Assembly: GCA_039201605.1 (NCBI GenBank)
Contig: JBCCRO010000004.1
Coordinates: 178,621-242,620, forward strand
Reading direction: 5' to 3'
From: Actinomycetota bacterium
GTDB taxonomy: Bacteria; Actinomycetota; Acidimicrobiia; Acidimicrobiales; SZUA-35
DNA: 64,000 bases
The position numbers and the translations under genes are program-made. Under the pieces are notes generated by a model. That model ran no database searches. It was given only the letters and a program-made list of their open reading frames with translations, and had not been told where the DNA came from. Of this stretch, positions 40,092 through 49,541 are shown piece by piece (within the stretch, counting starts at the first letter, position 1; every line of letters starts with the position of its first letter).

Positions 40092-43000
40092 ATGGTGCAG
40101 ACGATCCGTGAACTGGTGGCCGCCCCGGACGCCGAGTCGGCGCAGCGCTACATCGACCTCCACCCCCAGCTCCGCCAGCTCGAGGTCGTCGGCCTCCTGG
40201 TGAAGCGGGCCCAACGGGCGGCCGAGCGCGATCGGGGCCCGGTGGCCGAACGCCTGGCCGCCATCGCCGCCCTCCTCGTCGGCTCCCCCGTCGCCGAGCG
40301 TCAGGCCCTCGTCGGCGACCTGGCCGCCGTCCAGACCGCCTTCCGTCAACCCCGGCCGGGCTACGCCGAGACGACCGAGGCGATCCGCGTCATCGACGCC
40401 CTGGCCGGGGCCGACCGCCTCACCGACCTCGATCCCGTCCTCGAACCGCAGGTGTGGGACGCCACCGCCCAGGTCGCCGGTCGTCTCCACCGTCTCACCA
40501 CCGACGCCCGGTTCAACACCGCCGCCGTCGACGCCGCCCGCAACGCCACCCGCACCACGACCCCGGGCGATCGACGGCTGGTCATCCGCAACGAGGTGTT
40601 GGCCAGCCACCTGTCGGAGGAGTTCGAACGGACCCGTGACGCCTCGCTGCTGGCCGAGTCGGTCGAGTTGTCGATGCAGGTGGCTCGGGCCACGGCGGCC
40701 GAGGATCCGCAGGCTTCCCGGCGGCTCAACAACCTGGCCGTGCGGCTGGCCCGCCACTACGAGCAGAGCGGCGACCCCGCCGTGCTCGACCAGGCCGTCG
40801 GCTCGGCCCGGGCCGCGGTCGACAACACCGAGGCCGACAGCCCCGAGCTGGCGGGCCGGCTCAACAACCTGGCCAACCGCCTCTCAGAGCTCTACTCCCT
40901 CACCCGGGATCCGGCGGCCCTCGACGAGGCGATCGCCACCACCAGGTTGGCGGTGGCGGCCGCCCGGTCCGACGGGCCGGAGCTGGGCACCATGCTGTCG
41001 AACCTGGCCGCCCACCTCGGCGATCGCCACGCCGCCGGTGGCGATCCGGCCACCCTGACCGACGCCATCGTCACCGCCCGACGAGCGGTGGACGTGACCC
41101 CCGAGGACGGTCCGGCCCTGGCCGACCGGCTCGACACGCTCGGGGCCCGACTGCTCGACGCCTACCGGGCCAGCGGCAACCGTCCCGAGCTCGACGAGGC
41201 GGTCATGCTGGCCCGCCGGTCGGTGTCGATCACGACGGGTGACAGTCCGGCCTCGGCCGCCCGACACGCCGCCCTGGCCGAGCGGCTCCGGCTGGTGGCG
41301 GCCACCGGGGTGGGCCGACCGGCTCTGGAGGAGTCGCTCAACGCCGCCTACGCCGCACTGACCACCACCGCCGTCGACAGCCCCGATCTGGTCGATCGCC
41401 ACGACGTGGTGGCGGCAACGGTCGACGATCTCCACACCCTGATCGGCGACCGATCCACCCTCGACGCCGCCGTCGAGGCGGCCCGAGGAGCGGTCGCCCT
41501 GTCCAGCGCGGACAGTGACCGGCATCCGGCCCGACTCGATCGCCTGGCCCGCCATCTGGTCGCCCGCGCCGCCCTCGACGACGATCAGGCGCTGCGCCGC
41601 GAGGCCGTCGACGCCACCCGCCGCAGCGTCGAGGCCACACCGGCCGACGACGAGGCGGCCCGACGGCGGTTGGCCGATCTCGTCGACCGTCTGGCCGACG
41701 CCTACGAGGTCGAGCCGGTGCGGGCCTGGCTGGCCGAGGCGTTCGGGTTGGTCGTCGCCGGCACCAGCCTGATCGGCGAACAGCACGCCGACCACCGGGT
41801 CGCCCTGCAGGGCGTGGCCGACGGGGCCCAGGTGCTGGCCGGGATCGACGAGGACCGTGGAGCCCGCCAGCGGGGACTGCGCAGGATCGACCAGGTGCTC
41901 GGCACGGTCGCCGAGCTCGACGAGCCGCCGACGGCTCCCGCCGACGGCACTGCGGTGGTCGGTGGGGCGGAAGCGGTGGTCGACGGCACCGCCGCTCCCG
42001 AGCGGGACGGACCCCTGCGGTGGCTCCGGCTGGCCCGGCGCCTGAGCGCGCTGGCCGCCACCAACGGCTACGGCGTCCTCCACGACGAGGCCGTGGCGTC
42101 GGCCCAGGCCGCCGTCGACGCCTCCACCGGCTGGACGCTGGCCGGCGGCCTCGACCAGCTGGGCACCGCCCTCGAACGGCGCTTCCAGGCCGAACGACGG
42201 GCCGACGACCTCGACCAGCTCATCGACGTGCGCCGTCGCGCCGTCGAGGCCACCCGGAGCGGTGACGAGATGCTGGTCACCCGACTCCGCAAGCAGGCCG
42301 ACGACCTCACGCTGCGCTACGCCGGCCTGCAACAGCGGGAGGACCTCGACGAGGCCATCGCCCTCCTCGACTGGCTGCTGACCGTCGCCCCCGAGGAGGC
42401 CAAGGCCGGCACCCGGGAGAAGCTGGCCAAGCTCCAGGCGGCCAGGGCCGCCGATTTCGACGACCAGGGCGCCCTCGACGCCTCGATCGAGGGACTGCGG
42501 GCCGCCGTCGCCGGCCACCCCGATCCCGCCGACAAGGCCCGCAGTCGCATCGCACTGTCCCACGCCCTCACCTCGGCCTATGAGCAGCAGGGAGACCCCG
42601 AGCTCCTGGCCGAGGCCATCGCCACGGCCAAGGCGGCGATCGACGACGGCCCCGACGGGGCGATCGATCGGCCGGCCGCCCACCATCACCTCGCCCTCCG
42701 CCTTCTGCAGGAGCACGCCCTGAGCGGTCGGCAGCCGCCCCTGGTGGCCTCGATCCGCTCGGCCCGGGCCGCGGTCGAGGGCACCCCGCCCCGCCCCGAT
42801 CGGACCGGTCCCCGCGGCACCTACCTCAACGCCCTGGCCAACGGCCTGGCCCGGCTCTACGCCGTGCGTCCCGAGCCCCGTCTGCTGGCCGAGGCCGTCG
42901 TTGCGGCGCGGTTGACGGTGGAGGCAACCTCGGTCGACGCCAAGTCCTACAGCGGGCGCCTGTCGAAGCTGGCGGCCCGCCTCACCGACCTCCATGTCGT

Positions 43001-45986
43001 CGAGGGCGACAGGGCGGCCCTCGTCGAGGCGGTCGACGTGACCCAGGCGGCGGTGGCGGCCACGCCGTTGGACAGCCCACTCCGGGCCCGGCGGCTCGAC
43101 AACGCCGCCCGCCGCCTCGGCGACCTGTACGTCCTGGACGACGATCCGGCCGCCCTCGAAGGCGCCATCGATCACGCCCGCCAGGCGCTGGCCGCCGCTC
43201 CGGCCGACGACCCCTCCCGACCCGAGTACCTCGACCACCTGAGCCGTCGGCTCGGCGACCGGTTCGCCGTCGACGGCGATGGGGCCGATCTGGACCAGTC
43301 GATCAACCTGGCCCGGGAGTTGGTCGAGGCCACCCCCGCCGACAGCACCCGCTCGGCCGAGCGGCTCGACCACCTGGTGCGTCTGCTCCTCGTCCGTCAC
43401 CGGGTGACGGCCTCCCGCCATGACCTGGAGGAGGCGGCCGACGCCGCCCGCCGGGCCGTCGCCGCAACCCCGGCCGACAGCCCCCGGCTTCCCGGTCAGC
43501 TCGACCGGCTCGCCACCCGCCTCAGCGAGGTCTACGCCGTCAGCGGCCACCGCCACGTGCTCATCGAGTCGGTGGCGACCGCCCGCCGGGCGGTGGAGGC
43601 GACCGAGGTCGACGACCCGGCCCTGCCCGGCTACCTCCACCACTTGGCCCAACGCCTCGGTCGGCTCCACGCCGTCGGCGGGGAGGTCGACGTGATTGAC
43701 GAGGCTGTTGCCATGTCCCGGCGGGCGGTGGCCAGCGCCGATGGCGACGCCCACGACCTCGGTGGTTACCTGAACGAGCTGGCCGAGCACCTCGCCCGCC
43801 AGTACGCCACCCGGGGCGAGCGGGCCGTGCTCGACGAGGCGGTCGACGCCGCCCGCCGATCGGTCGATGTCACCCCCGACGACCACCCGGAGCTGGCGGC
43901 CCGGCTCCAGGCCCTGGCCAACCACCTCCGCCGCCTGTTCGCCGCCTCGGAGCACCTGCCCGACCTCGAGGGGGCGGTGGCCGCAGCCCGCCGATCGGTG
44001 GCCGCCACCGAACCCGGCAGCGATGACCTGCCCCACCGGCTCAAGGCGATGGCCAATCACCTGGCCAGCCTCTATCAGGTGAACGGCGACCGCGGCGTGC
44101 TGGAGGAGGCCGTCGCCGCCACCCGCAAGGTGGTCGACGCCCTCGACCCCGGGGACGAGGGCTACGCCCGCAACTGCGCCCGCCTGAGCCGCCGGCTCGA
44201 ACGTCTCCACGCCCTGGAACCCCGACCGGAGACGGCGGCCGAAGCGGTGGCCGCCGCCCGCCGGGCGGTGGAGACCTGCGGCGAGGCGCCCGACGCCGAG
44301 CGGGCGGCCCACCTCGACGCTCTCGCCGCCGCCCTGCTGCTCGACGACCATCTCGACGACGCCGACGCCCTGCGGGAGGCCGTCGACGCCGCCCGTCAGG
44401 CCCTCGCTCTCACCCCGGCCGGCAGCGAGGAGGCCGACAGCCGCAAGGTGACCCTCAACCAGGCCCTGGCTCACCGGGCGCGCCTGGCCGACGACGACGG
44501 CACCACCCTGGAGGAGGCGATCCTGATCAACCGGGAGGTCCTCGAGACGGGCGCCGACGGTGGCGACACCGGTGAACGGGTGATCCACACCGACCGGTTG
44601 GCCACGCTGCTGGCCGAGCGCTTCCACAGCGGTCGCGAGGTCGCCGACCTCGACGAGGCCATCGAGCTGACCCGGTCCCTGCTGCCGTCGACCCCGACCG
44701 ACGAGCTGACGACCGCCGCCGTGCACGATCGTCTGGCCCGGCTGCTGGCCGCCCGCCACGGCGCCGACAACGACCCGGAGACGCTGAGCGCCTCGGTCAC
44801 CTCGGCCCGGGCCGCGGTCGACACCGCCGACGAGTCCGATTCGGCTTGGCCCGACTACCTCGGCAACCTGGCCAACCGCCTGGCCCGGCTCTACACCGCC
44901 CGACCGGACGACGCCCTCCTGGTCGAGGCGGTGAGCGTGGCCCGTCAGGCCGTCACCGCCACCCCCGACGACAGTCGAGAGCTTCCCGGTCGGCTCAACA
45001 ACCTGGCCAACCGACTGGCCAGCCGCTACGCCCAGTCACAGGACCGCTCCGTCCTCGACGAGGCGGTGAGCGTCGCCCGTCGCGCCGTCGAGGTCACTCC
45101 TGAGCACGATCCCGGCCTGCACAGTCGCCTCCGCAACCTGGCCAACCACCTCACCCGGGCCTACGCCGCCACCGGCGAACGGGCGGTGCTCGAGGAGACG
45201 ATCGCCTCCTTCGGCCGGGCCGCCGACCTGGTGACCGAGGACCAGACCGGGGCCATCGGCTTTCTCGACGGGATAGCGGTGAAGCTCGACCGTCTCTTCG
45301 TCGCCTCCAAGGATCAGGGTGCGGTGGAGCTCGCCGTCCGGGTCGGGGCCCGGGCGATCGCCCTCTCCGACGAACCGGCCGATCTGCTCGTCGAGCGGCA
45401 CAGCGAGCAGGCGACCCGCCTGGCCCAGGCCCACGGCCTGTCGGGCCGTCGTCAGCACGCGAGGGATGCGGCAGCCGCCGCCCGGGCCGCGGTGGAGCTG
45501 TCGGCCATCGACGATCCCGAGCACAGCAATCACCTCTCGCTGCTGGCCAATCGCCTGGCCGCCCTCTACAAGGTCGACGGTGATCAGGCGACCCTCGACG
45601 AGGCGGTCACCGTGGCCCGGACCTCGGTCGAGCTGACCTCCGATGACGACGAGGAGCTCCCGAGCCGGCTCAACAACCTGGCAAACCACGTGGCGCGGCT
45701 CTGCGGCCTGACCGACGATCGACCGCTGCTCGACGAGGCGGTGTCGACGTCACGCCGGGCGGTGGATGCGACCCCGGACGACAGCTCGGAGCTGCCCAGC
45801 CGGCTCAACAACCTGGCGAACCACCTGACCCGCCTCTACGCCGTCACCGCCGACCGGGCGGTGTTGGACGAGGCGATGGCGATCACCGACCAGGCCATCG
45901 CCGTCGCCTCCCGGGGCAACGACGACGTGCCCCAGGGGCTCACCAGCCTGGCCTCACACCTCGAGAAGCTCTCGGCCGACGCCTAG
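40092..45986 (+). CDS. giant TPR-like repeat protein (~1,964 aa)
   Basis: Codon-3 G/C bias switches on exactly at ATG 40092; the track ORF from 39291 is a shadow extension across the divergent MFS gene. A ~210-aa non-repeat N-terminus is followed by 45-aa helix-turn-helix units with consensus D.P.L..RLNNLANRL..LY..TGD...LDEAV..AR.AV..TP. I saw no Walker A, CHAT or other catalytic motif. Confidence 0.8.
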   Translation: MVQTIRELVAAPDAESAQRYIDLHPQLRQLEVVGLLVKRAQRAAERDRGPVAERLAAIAALLVGSPVAERQALVGDLAAVQTAFRQPRPGYAETTEAIRVIDALAGADRLTDLDPVLEPQVWDATAQVAGRLHRLTTDARFNTAAVDAARNATRTTTPGDRRLVIRNEVLASHLSEEFERTRDASLLAESVELSMQVARATAAEDPQASRRLNNLAVRLARHYEQSGDPAVLDQAVGSARAAVDNTEADSPELAGRLNNLANRLSELYSLTRDPAALDEAIATTRLAVAAARSDGPELGTMLSNLAAHLGDRHAAGGDPATLTDAIVTARRAVDVTPEDGPALADRLDTLGARLLDAYRASGNRPELDEAVMLARRSVSITTGDSPASAARHAALAERLRLVAATGVGRPALEESLNAAYAALTTTAVDSPDLVDRHDVVAATVDDLHTLIGDRSTLDAAVEAARGAVALSSADSDRHPARLDRLARHLVARAALDDDQALRREAVDATRRSVEATPADDEAARRRLADLVDRLADAYEVEPVRAWLAEAFGLVVAGTSLIGEQHADHRVALQGVADGAQVLAGIDEDRGARQRGLRRIDQVLGTVAELDEPPTAPADGTAVVGGAEAVVDGTAAPERDGPLRWLRLARRLSALAATNGYGVLHDEAVASAQAAVDASTGWTLAGGLDQLGTALERRFQAERRADDLDQLIDVRRRAVEATRSGDEMLVTRLRKQADDLTLRYAGLQQREDLDEAIALLDWLLTVAPEEAKAGTREKLAKLQAARAADFDDQGALDASIEGLRAAVAGHPDPADKARSRIALSHALTSAYEQQGDPELLAEAIATAKAAIDDGPDGAIDRPAAHHHLALRLLQEHALSGRQPPLVASIRSARAAVEGTPPRPDRTGPRGTYLNALANGLARLYAVRPEPRLLAEAVVAARLTVEATSVDAKSYSGRLSKLAARLTDLHVVEGDRAALVEAVDVTQAAVAATPLDSPLRARRLDNAARRLGDLYVLDDDPAALEGAIDHARQALAAAPADDPSRPEYLDHLSRRLGDRFAVDGDGADLDQSINLARELVEATPADSTRSAERLDHLVRLLLVRHRVTASRHDLEEAADAARRAVAATPADSPRLPGQLDRLATRLSEVYAVSGHRHVLIESVATARRAVEATEVDDPALPGYLHHLAQRLGRLHAVGGEVDVIDEAVAMSRRAVASADGDAHDLGGYLNELAEHLARQYATRGERAVLDEAVDAARRSVDVTPDDHPELAARLQALANHLRRLFAASEHLPDLEGAVAAARRSVAATEPGSDDLPHRLKAMANHLASLYQVNGDRGVLEEAVAATRKVVDALDPGDEGYARNCARLSRRLERLHALEPRPETAAEAVAAARRAVETCGEAPDAERAAHLDALAAALLLDDHLDDADALREAVDAARQALALTPAGSEEADSRKVTLNQALAHRARLADDDGTTLEEAILINREVLETGADGGDTGERVIHTDRLATLLAERFHSGREVADLDEAIELTRSLLPSTPTDELTTAAVHDRLARLLAARHGADNDPETLSASVTSARAAVDTADESDSAWPDYLGNLANRLARLYTARPDDALLVEAVSVARQAVTATPDDSRELPGRLNNLANRLASRYAQSQDRSVLDEAVSVARRAVEVTPEHDPGLHSRLRNLANHLTRAYAATGERAVLEETIASFGRAADLVTEDQTGAIGFLDGIAVKLDRLFVASKDQGAVELAVRVGARAIALSDEPADLLVERHSEQATRLAQAHGLSGRRQHARDAAAAARAAVELSAIDDPEHSNHLSLLANRLAALYKVDGDQATLDEAVTVARTSVELTSDDDEELPSRLNNLANHVARLCGLTDDRPLLDEAVSTSRRAVDATPDDSSELPSRLNNLANHLTRLYAVTADRAVLDEAMAITDQAIAVASRGNDDVPQGLTSLASHLEKLSADA
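40720..45986 (+). repeat. about 37 tandem in-frame 135-bp (45-codon) units, interrupted at about 41700-42060
   Basis: CGGCTCAACAACCTGGC recurs in phase (for example 40723 and 40858, 135 nt apart, and three more times at about 45.0-45.8 kb). Counting residues confirms a 45-aa period across many consecutive units. Units are diverged, with no long identical DNA copies. Confidence 0.8.
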
Positions 45987-45990
45987 GGGC

Positions 45991-47100
45991 TCAGCGGGGC
46001 TCGCGGGGAAGGCCGAGCACGCGCTCGCCGAGGATGTTGCGCATCACGTTCGAGGTGCCGCCCATGATCGTGTAGCCGGGGGCGTAGAGCAGACCGCGGG
46101 TCACGTCGCCGTCGAGGGTCGTTTCGGGACCGAGCACCCGGGAGGCGAACTCGGCCACCCGCCATTCGTGCTCGGTGCAGAAACACTTGGTGGCGGCGCT
46201 GAACCCCTTGGGGGCCTGCTGCAGCACCTCGCGGTAGACGAGGAGGCGACCGACCCGATAGCCGGACTCGAGGCCGGCTATCTCCTGGCGGACCAGGGGA
46301 TCGGTCTTGTCGGCCCGTTCGACGGCCAGGTCGTAGAGCGCCTTGTTCGACACGAGACGGTCGATACCACCCCGCTCGTGCTCCAGCTGGCGCATGGTCT
46401 GCTTGAAGGCGTCGCCCTCGGTGCCGACCAGGTGCTCGATCGGCACCCGCACGTCGGTGAAGTACACCTCGCAGAAGTGCCGGTTGGTGGTCATGTCCGT
46501 TATGGGCCGGACCTCGATGCCGGGCAGGTCCATGGGAACGATGATCTCGGAGATGCCCTTGTGGGGAGGGCCGTCGGCGCTGGTCCGACAGATCAGGTAG
46601 CAGTAGTCGGCGACGGCGCCGAAGCTGGTCCAGATCTTCTGACCGTTGATGACCCAGTGGTCGCCGTCGGCCACGGCGGTGGTCTTGAGCGACGCCAGGT
46701 CGGAGCCGGCGTCGGGCTCGCTCATGCCGATGCACCAGGTGGTGTCGCCGGTGAGCATGGCGGGCAGGTACTCGGCCTGCTGATCCGGGGTGCCGTAGGA
46801 GATCAGGCACGGGCCCATCTGGCGGTCGGCGAACCACATGGCGGCGATCGGGGCCCCGGCGGCGATCATCTCCTCGGCCACGATCACCCGCTCGATGGCG
46901 GGGCGGTCATGACCGCCGTGCTCGACCGGCCACCCCATGCCGATCCACCCCTCGGCCGCCATCACCTGGGCGAACTCCTTGGAGAAGCCGTTGATCCAGC
47001 TGTCGTTGTGGCGGCCGAACCGGGCCACACCGTCGGCGGCGACCTCTCGGGCCCGCTTGCGCAGCGTCTCCAGTTCGGGGGTCAGCCGGAAGTCCAACAT
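45991..47100 (-). CDS. acyl-CoA dehydrogenase
   Basis: 369 aa with the ACAD signature CIGMSEPDAGSDL. GAGGAG lies upstream of ATG 47100. Its stop is 4 nt from the stop of the convergent repeat gene. Confidence 0.9.
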   Translation of the reverse strand: MLDFRLTPELETLRKRAREVAADGVARFGRHNDSWINGFSKEFAQVMAAEGWIGMGWPVEHGGHDRPAIERVIVAEEMIAAGAPIAAMWFADRQMGPCLISYGTPDQQAEYLPAMLTGDTTWCIGMSEPDAGSDLASLKTTAVADGDHWVINGQKIWTSFGAVADYCYLICRTSADGPPHKGISEIIVPMDLPGIEVRPITDMTTNRHFCEVYFTDVRVPIEHLVGTEGDAFKQTMRQLEHERGGIDRLVSNKALYDLAVERADKTDPLVRQEIAGLESGYRVGRLLVYREVLQQAPKGFSAATKCFCTEHEWRVAEFASRVLGPETTLDGDVTRGLLYAPGYTIMGGTSNVMRNILGERVLGLPREPR

Positions 47101-47221
47101 GGGCGCTCCTCGTAGCGATCAGGTGGGTTGCGGCGGCCGGATCCGTCGCTCGCCGTCCGGCGTCCACTATGGCACCCCCGCCGGCCGGCCACGGAATCGA
47201 TGCCGGGTCGGGCCGAACGCG

Positions 47222-47258
47222 CTGCAGGCCGCCACGGGAGAGGTTTGGCGGCCTGCAG
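47222..47258. other. perfect 12-bp-stem hairpin (CTGCAGGCCGCC-N13-GGCGGCCTGCAG) in a long noncoding gap
   Basis: Both arms were read directly and are exact reverse complements. It lies about 120 nt upstream of the ACAD start on the minus strand. Function is unknown. Confidence 0.5.
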
Positions 47259-47575
47259 ATGGTCCAGGATCCGAACTCCCTCAAGTCCGGCAATTCGCCT
47301 GGGCTGTGTAGCCGCCCGTAGTGCTCATACGGTGGCCTGTCTCGGACCCTAGCCCATCAAGGGCGAAGGTGCCTAAAGCCAATCTGACCAATAGATGAAC
47401 GGCGTCCGACAACGGCGATTTCGATGCGTTTGTCGACGTCGGCGACCTTTCCGGGAGCCTCCCGAGAGAGGCTCGGGGGCCGGGGTATGGTTGCGGTCCC
47501 GCCGTAGTCCGCCCAGCGACACGTGAGGTCTCCCGCCGCCGTGCTGGTTCGCTGTTCAAACCCATCGCGCCCGTC

Positions 47576-48784
47576 GTGAAAATCGTCCTGTCCGCGCCCT
47601 GGATCGATGAGGAACGCCGCGCCTCCTACCGGCTGGTGTGGGCGCTGGCCGCCGCCCTGGAGCGTCGACGGCACGAGGTGCACGTGTGCACCTCCGGCCT
47701 GGGCCGTACCCCCGACCGCGTCGTCGCCGAGTCACCGGTGCCGGTGGGGGTCACTGTGCACGAGCTGCCATCGCCGTCGGGCGACGGCTGGCGGACTCGA
47801 GGGGGCACCCGTCGCCAACGGCAGTGGTACACCGCCATCACCGACCAGGTGACGAGGTTGGGCGCCGTCGACGTGGTCCATCACCTCGGCCCCGAACCGC
47901 TCGACAGCCTCATCGGCCTGGAACGGTCGCCCACGGCAACGGTCGTCGGTCCGATCAGCGGTGGGGAGTTCATCCCTTCGGCGCTGCGCCGGGACCGGCC
48001 GGGCCATCCCGTAGGGGTGCGTCTGCTCGACGTCGGGCGTCGGACCCTGGCCCGCCATCCCGGGATCCGGGCTGCGGTGACGGCCGCCGACACCGTCCTG
48101 GCCACGACCGGGGAGACCGCCGCCCTGGCCCAACGGCTCGGGGCCGAGCGGGTGCTCATCGAGCCGGCGATCGTGACCGACCACTGGCGCCAGGCCGACG
48201 CCATCGCCCCCACGATCGACGACCCGTTGCGGGCGGTCTGGCTCGGTCCTCCCCTACCCCACCGCGGTCTCGCCCTCGCTCTCGGCATCGTGGCCGAGGT
48301 CGACATCAAGGTCCCGATCCGCCTCCGGGTGGTGGGTGGCGTCCCCGCCGACGAACGGCTCGACCTGTTGCGTCGCCGCCCGGGCATGATCGAGCGGGTC
48401 GAACCCGTCCAACCCCTGGGTCGCTACGAGATCGACAAACTCCTGGCCGACTCCGACGTGCTGTTGTGGACCGCCCTGGCCGAGCCGGATGGCACCGACG
48501 TGGCCCGGGCTCTGGCCGCGGGCCTGCCGGTGGTCGCCCTCGACCACCACGTCGGCGCCGACCTCCTGGCCACCGGTGGCGGGGTGCGACTCCCGGTCGC
48601 GCCCCGGCCGGCCACGATCCGGGCCGGCGCTCGGGCGCTGGCCGAGCTCTACTACGACCGTCGCCACGCCCGAGCCCTCGGTGCCGAGGGCCGGGCCATC
48701 GCCGACGGGTTCACCGCCGCCACCTTGGCCGAGCGGCTGGAGGACGTGTACCGCCAGGCGGCGGCCGGCCGGGGGCGGCCCTAG
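47576..48784 (+). CDS. glycosyltransferase (GT-B fold, GT4/GT1-like)
   Basis: 402 aa with a GTG start. The N-terminus MKIVLSAPW....Y is typical of GT4, and the C-terminal donor-binding region is EPDGTDVARALAAGLPVVALD. Confidence 0.8.
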   Translation: MKIVLSAPWIDEERRASYRLVWALAAALERRRHEVHVCTSGLGRTPDRVVAESPVPVGVTVHELPSPSGDGWRTRGGTRRQRQWYTAITDQVTRLGAVDVVHHLGPEPLDSLIGLERSPTATVVGPISGGEFIPSALRRDRPGHPVGVRLLDVGRRTLARHPGIRAAVTAADTVLATTGETAALAQRLGAERVLIEPAIVTDHWRQADAIAPTIDDPLRAVWLGPPLPHRGLALALGIVAEVDIKVPIRLRVVGGVPADERLDLLRRRPGMIERVEPVQPLGRYEIDKLLADSDVLLWTALAEPDGTDVARALAAGLPVVALDHHVGADLLATGGGVRLPVAPRPATIRAGARALAELYYDRRHARALGAEGRAIADGFTAATLAERLEDVYRQAAAGRGRP

Positions 48785-48871
48785 CCGGTGGCCCGTCGAA
48801 CGACCGGCTGACCGGCCGACCGGCCGACGGCCCACCAGTGGGCCGAGGAGCCGGATCGGGGTCTACCGACG

Positions 48872-49432
48872 TCAGCCGACGTCGATGAGGCCCACGTCGC
48901 CGTCGTCGCGGCGGTACACCACCGCGGACTTCTCGGTCTCGCTGTTGGTGAACACGTAGAAATCGTGGTTGAGGAGATCCATCTGGAGGGCGGCCTCCTG
49001 GGGATCCATGGCCGAGACGTCGAAGCGCTTGGTCTTCACGATGTTGTACATCGGGACCGCCTCCTCGTCGACGGCCACCAGCGAGTCCGGTACCAGGTCG
49101 GGCACGAGCTGGAGCTTCTCCCGGCTCCGGGTTCGCTTCTGGACCTTCGTCTTCAGCTTCCGCAGCTGTCGCTCGAGCTTGTCGACGGCCAGATCGACGG
49201 CGGTGAACCCGTCGGGGGCCGACACCTTGCACCGGATGTGGTGACCGTGGCCCTCCAGCGTGACCTCGCAGATCTCCTTGTCCTCGATCCGCGGGTTGTT
49301 GTGCACCCAGAAGTGCACCTCCGCCCGTTCCATCCCCGCCAGATACTTGTCGAGCTTCCCGATCTTCTCCTCGGCTTGTCGTTTGAGCGACTCCGAGACC
49401 GTGGTGTGCCGACCGCTGACGGTGATCTCCAT
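48872..49432 (-). CDS. hpf: ribosome hibernation-promoting factor, long form
   Basis: 186 aa from ATG 49432 (GGAGG 8 nt upstream). The S30EA/RaiA N-domain (MEITVSGRHTTVSESLKRQAEEKIGKLDKY) is followed by a C-terminal dimerisation domain (IVKTKRFDVSAMDPQEAALQMDLLNHDFYVF). Confidence 0.9.
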   Translation of the reverse strand: MEITVSGRHTTVSESLKRQAEEKIGKLDKYLAGMERAEVHFWVHNNPRIEDKEICEVTLEGHGHHIRCKVSAPDGFTAVDLAVDKLERQLRKLKTKVQKRTRSREKLQLVPDLVPDSLVAVDEEAVPMYNIVKTKRFDVSAMDPQEAALQMDLLNHDFYVFTNSETEKSAVVYRRDDGDVGLIDVG

Positions 49433-49541
49433 CGAGTGAACCTCCGGTGAGATAGGGCTTGTCCTACACACTTTAGATCGGCAAACGGGCCGCGTTTCGT
49501 GAACGGAACTTCGCCCGCCCACCAGGCCCGACAGGCGGGGC

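Noticed and set aside
40884-44759. A 1,291-aa ORF antisense to the giant repeat gene
   Set aside because: It is Gly/Arg/Pro/Val-rich with no motifs. Its codon position 3 is not G/C-biased, while the sense frame has strong bias and a coherent 45-aa repeat. This is a typical high-GC shadow ORF.
40720-45986. Regular 135-bp periodic repeats that could superficially suggest a CRISPR-like or satellite array
   Set aside because: The period is an exact multiple of 3 and stays in frame within one long ORF. Units are diverged and have no unique spacers. This is a protein repeat, not a CRISPR array.
47301-47358. tRNA-like start GGGCTGTGTAGC...AGCCC in the long intergenic gap
   Set aside because: It is only about 55 nt long, has no GTTCGAATC-type T-loop and no plausible anticodon arm, and the acceptor pairing is only 5 bp.
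47128-47683. Small ORFs inside the 475-bp gap (74, 94 and 108 aa)
   Set aside because: They are Arg/Pro-rich, lack RBS-like sequences, show weak third-position bias and overlap one another. I treat the region as noncoding.
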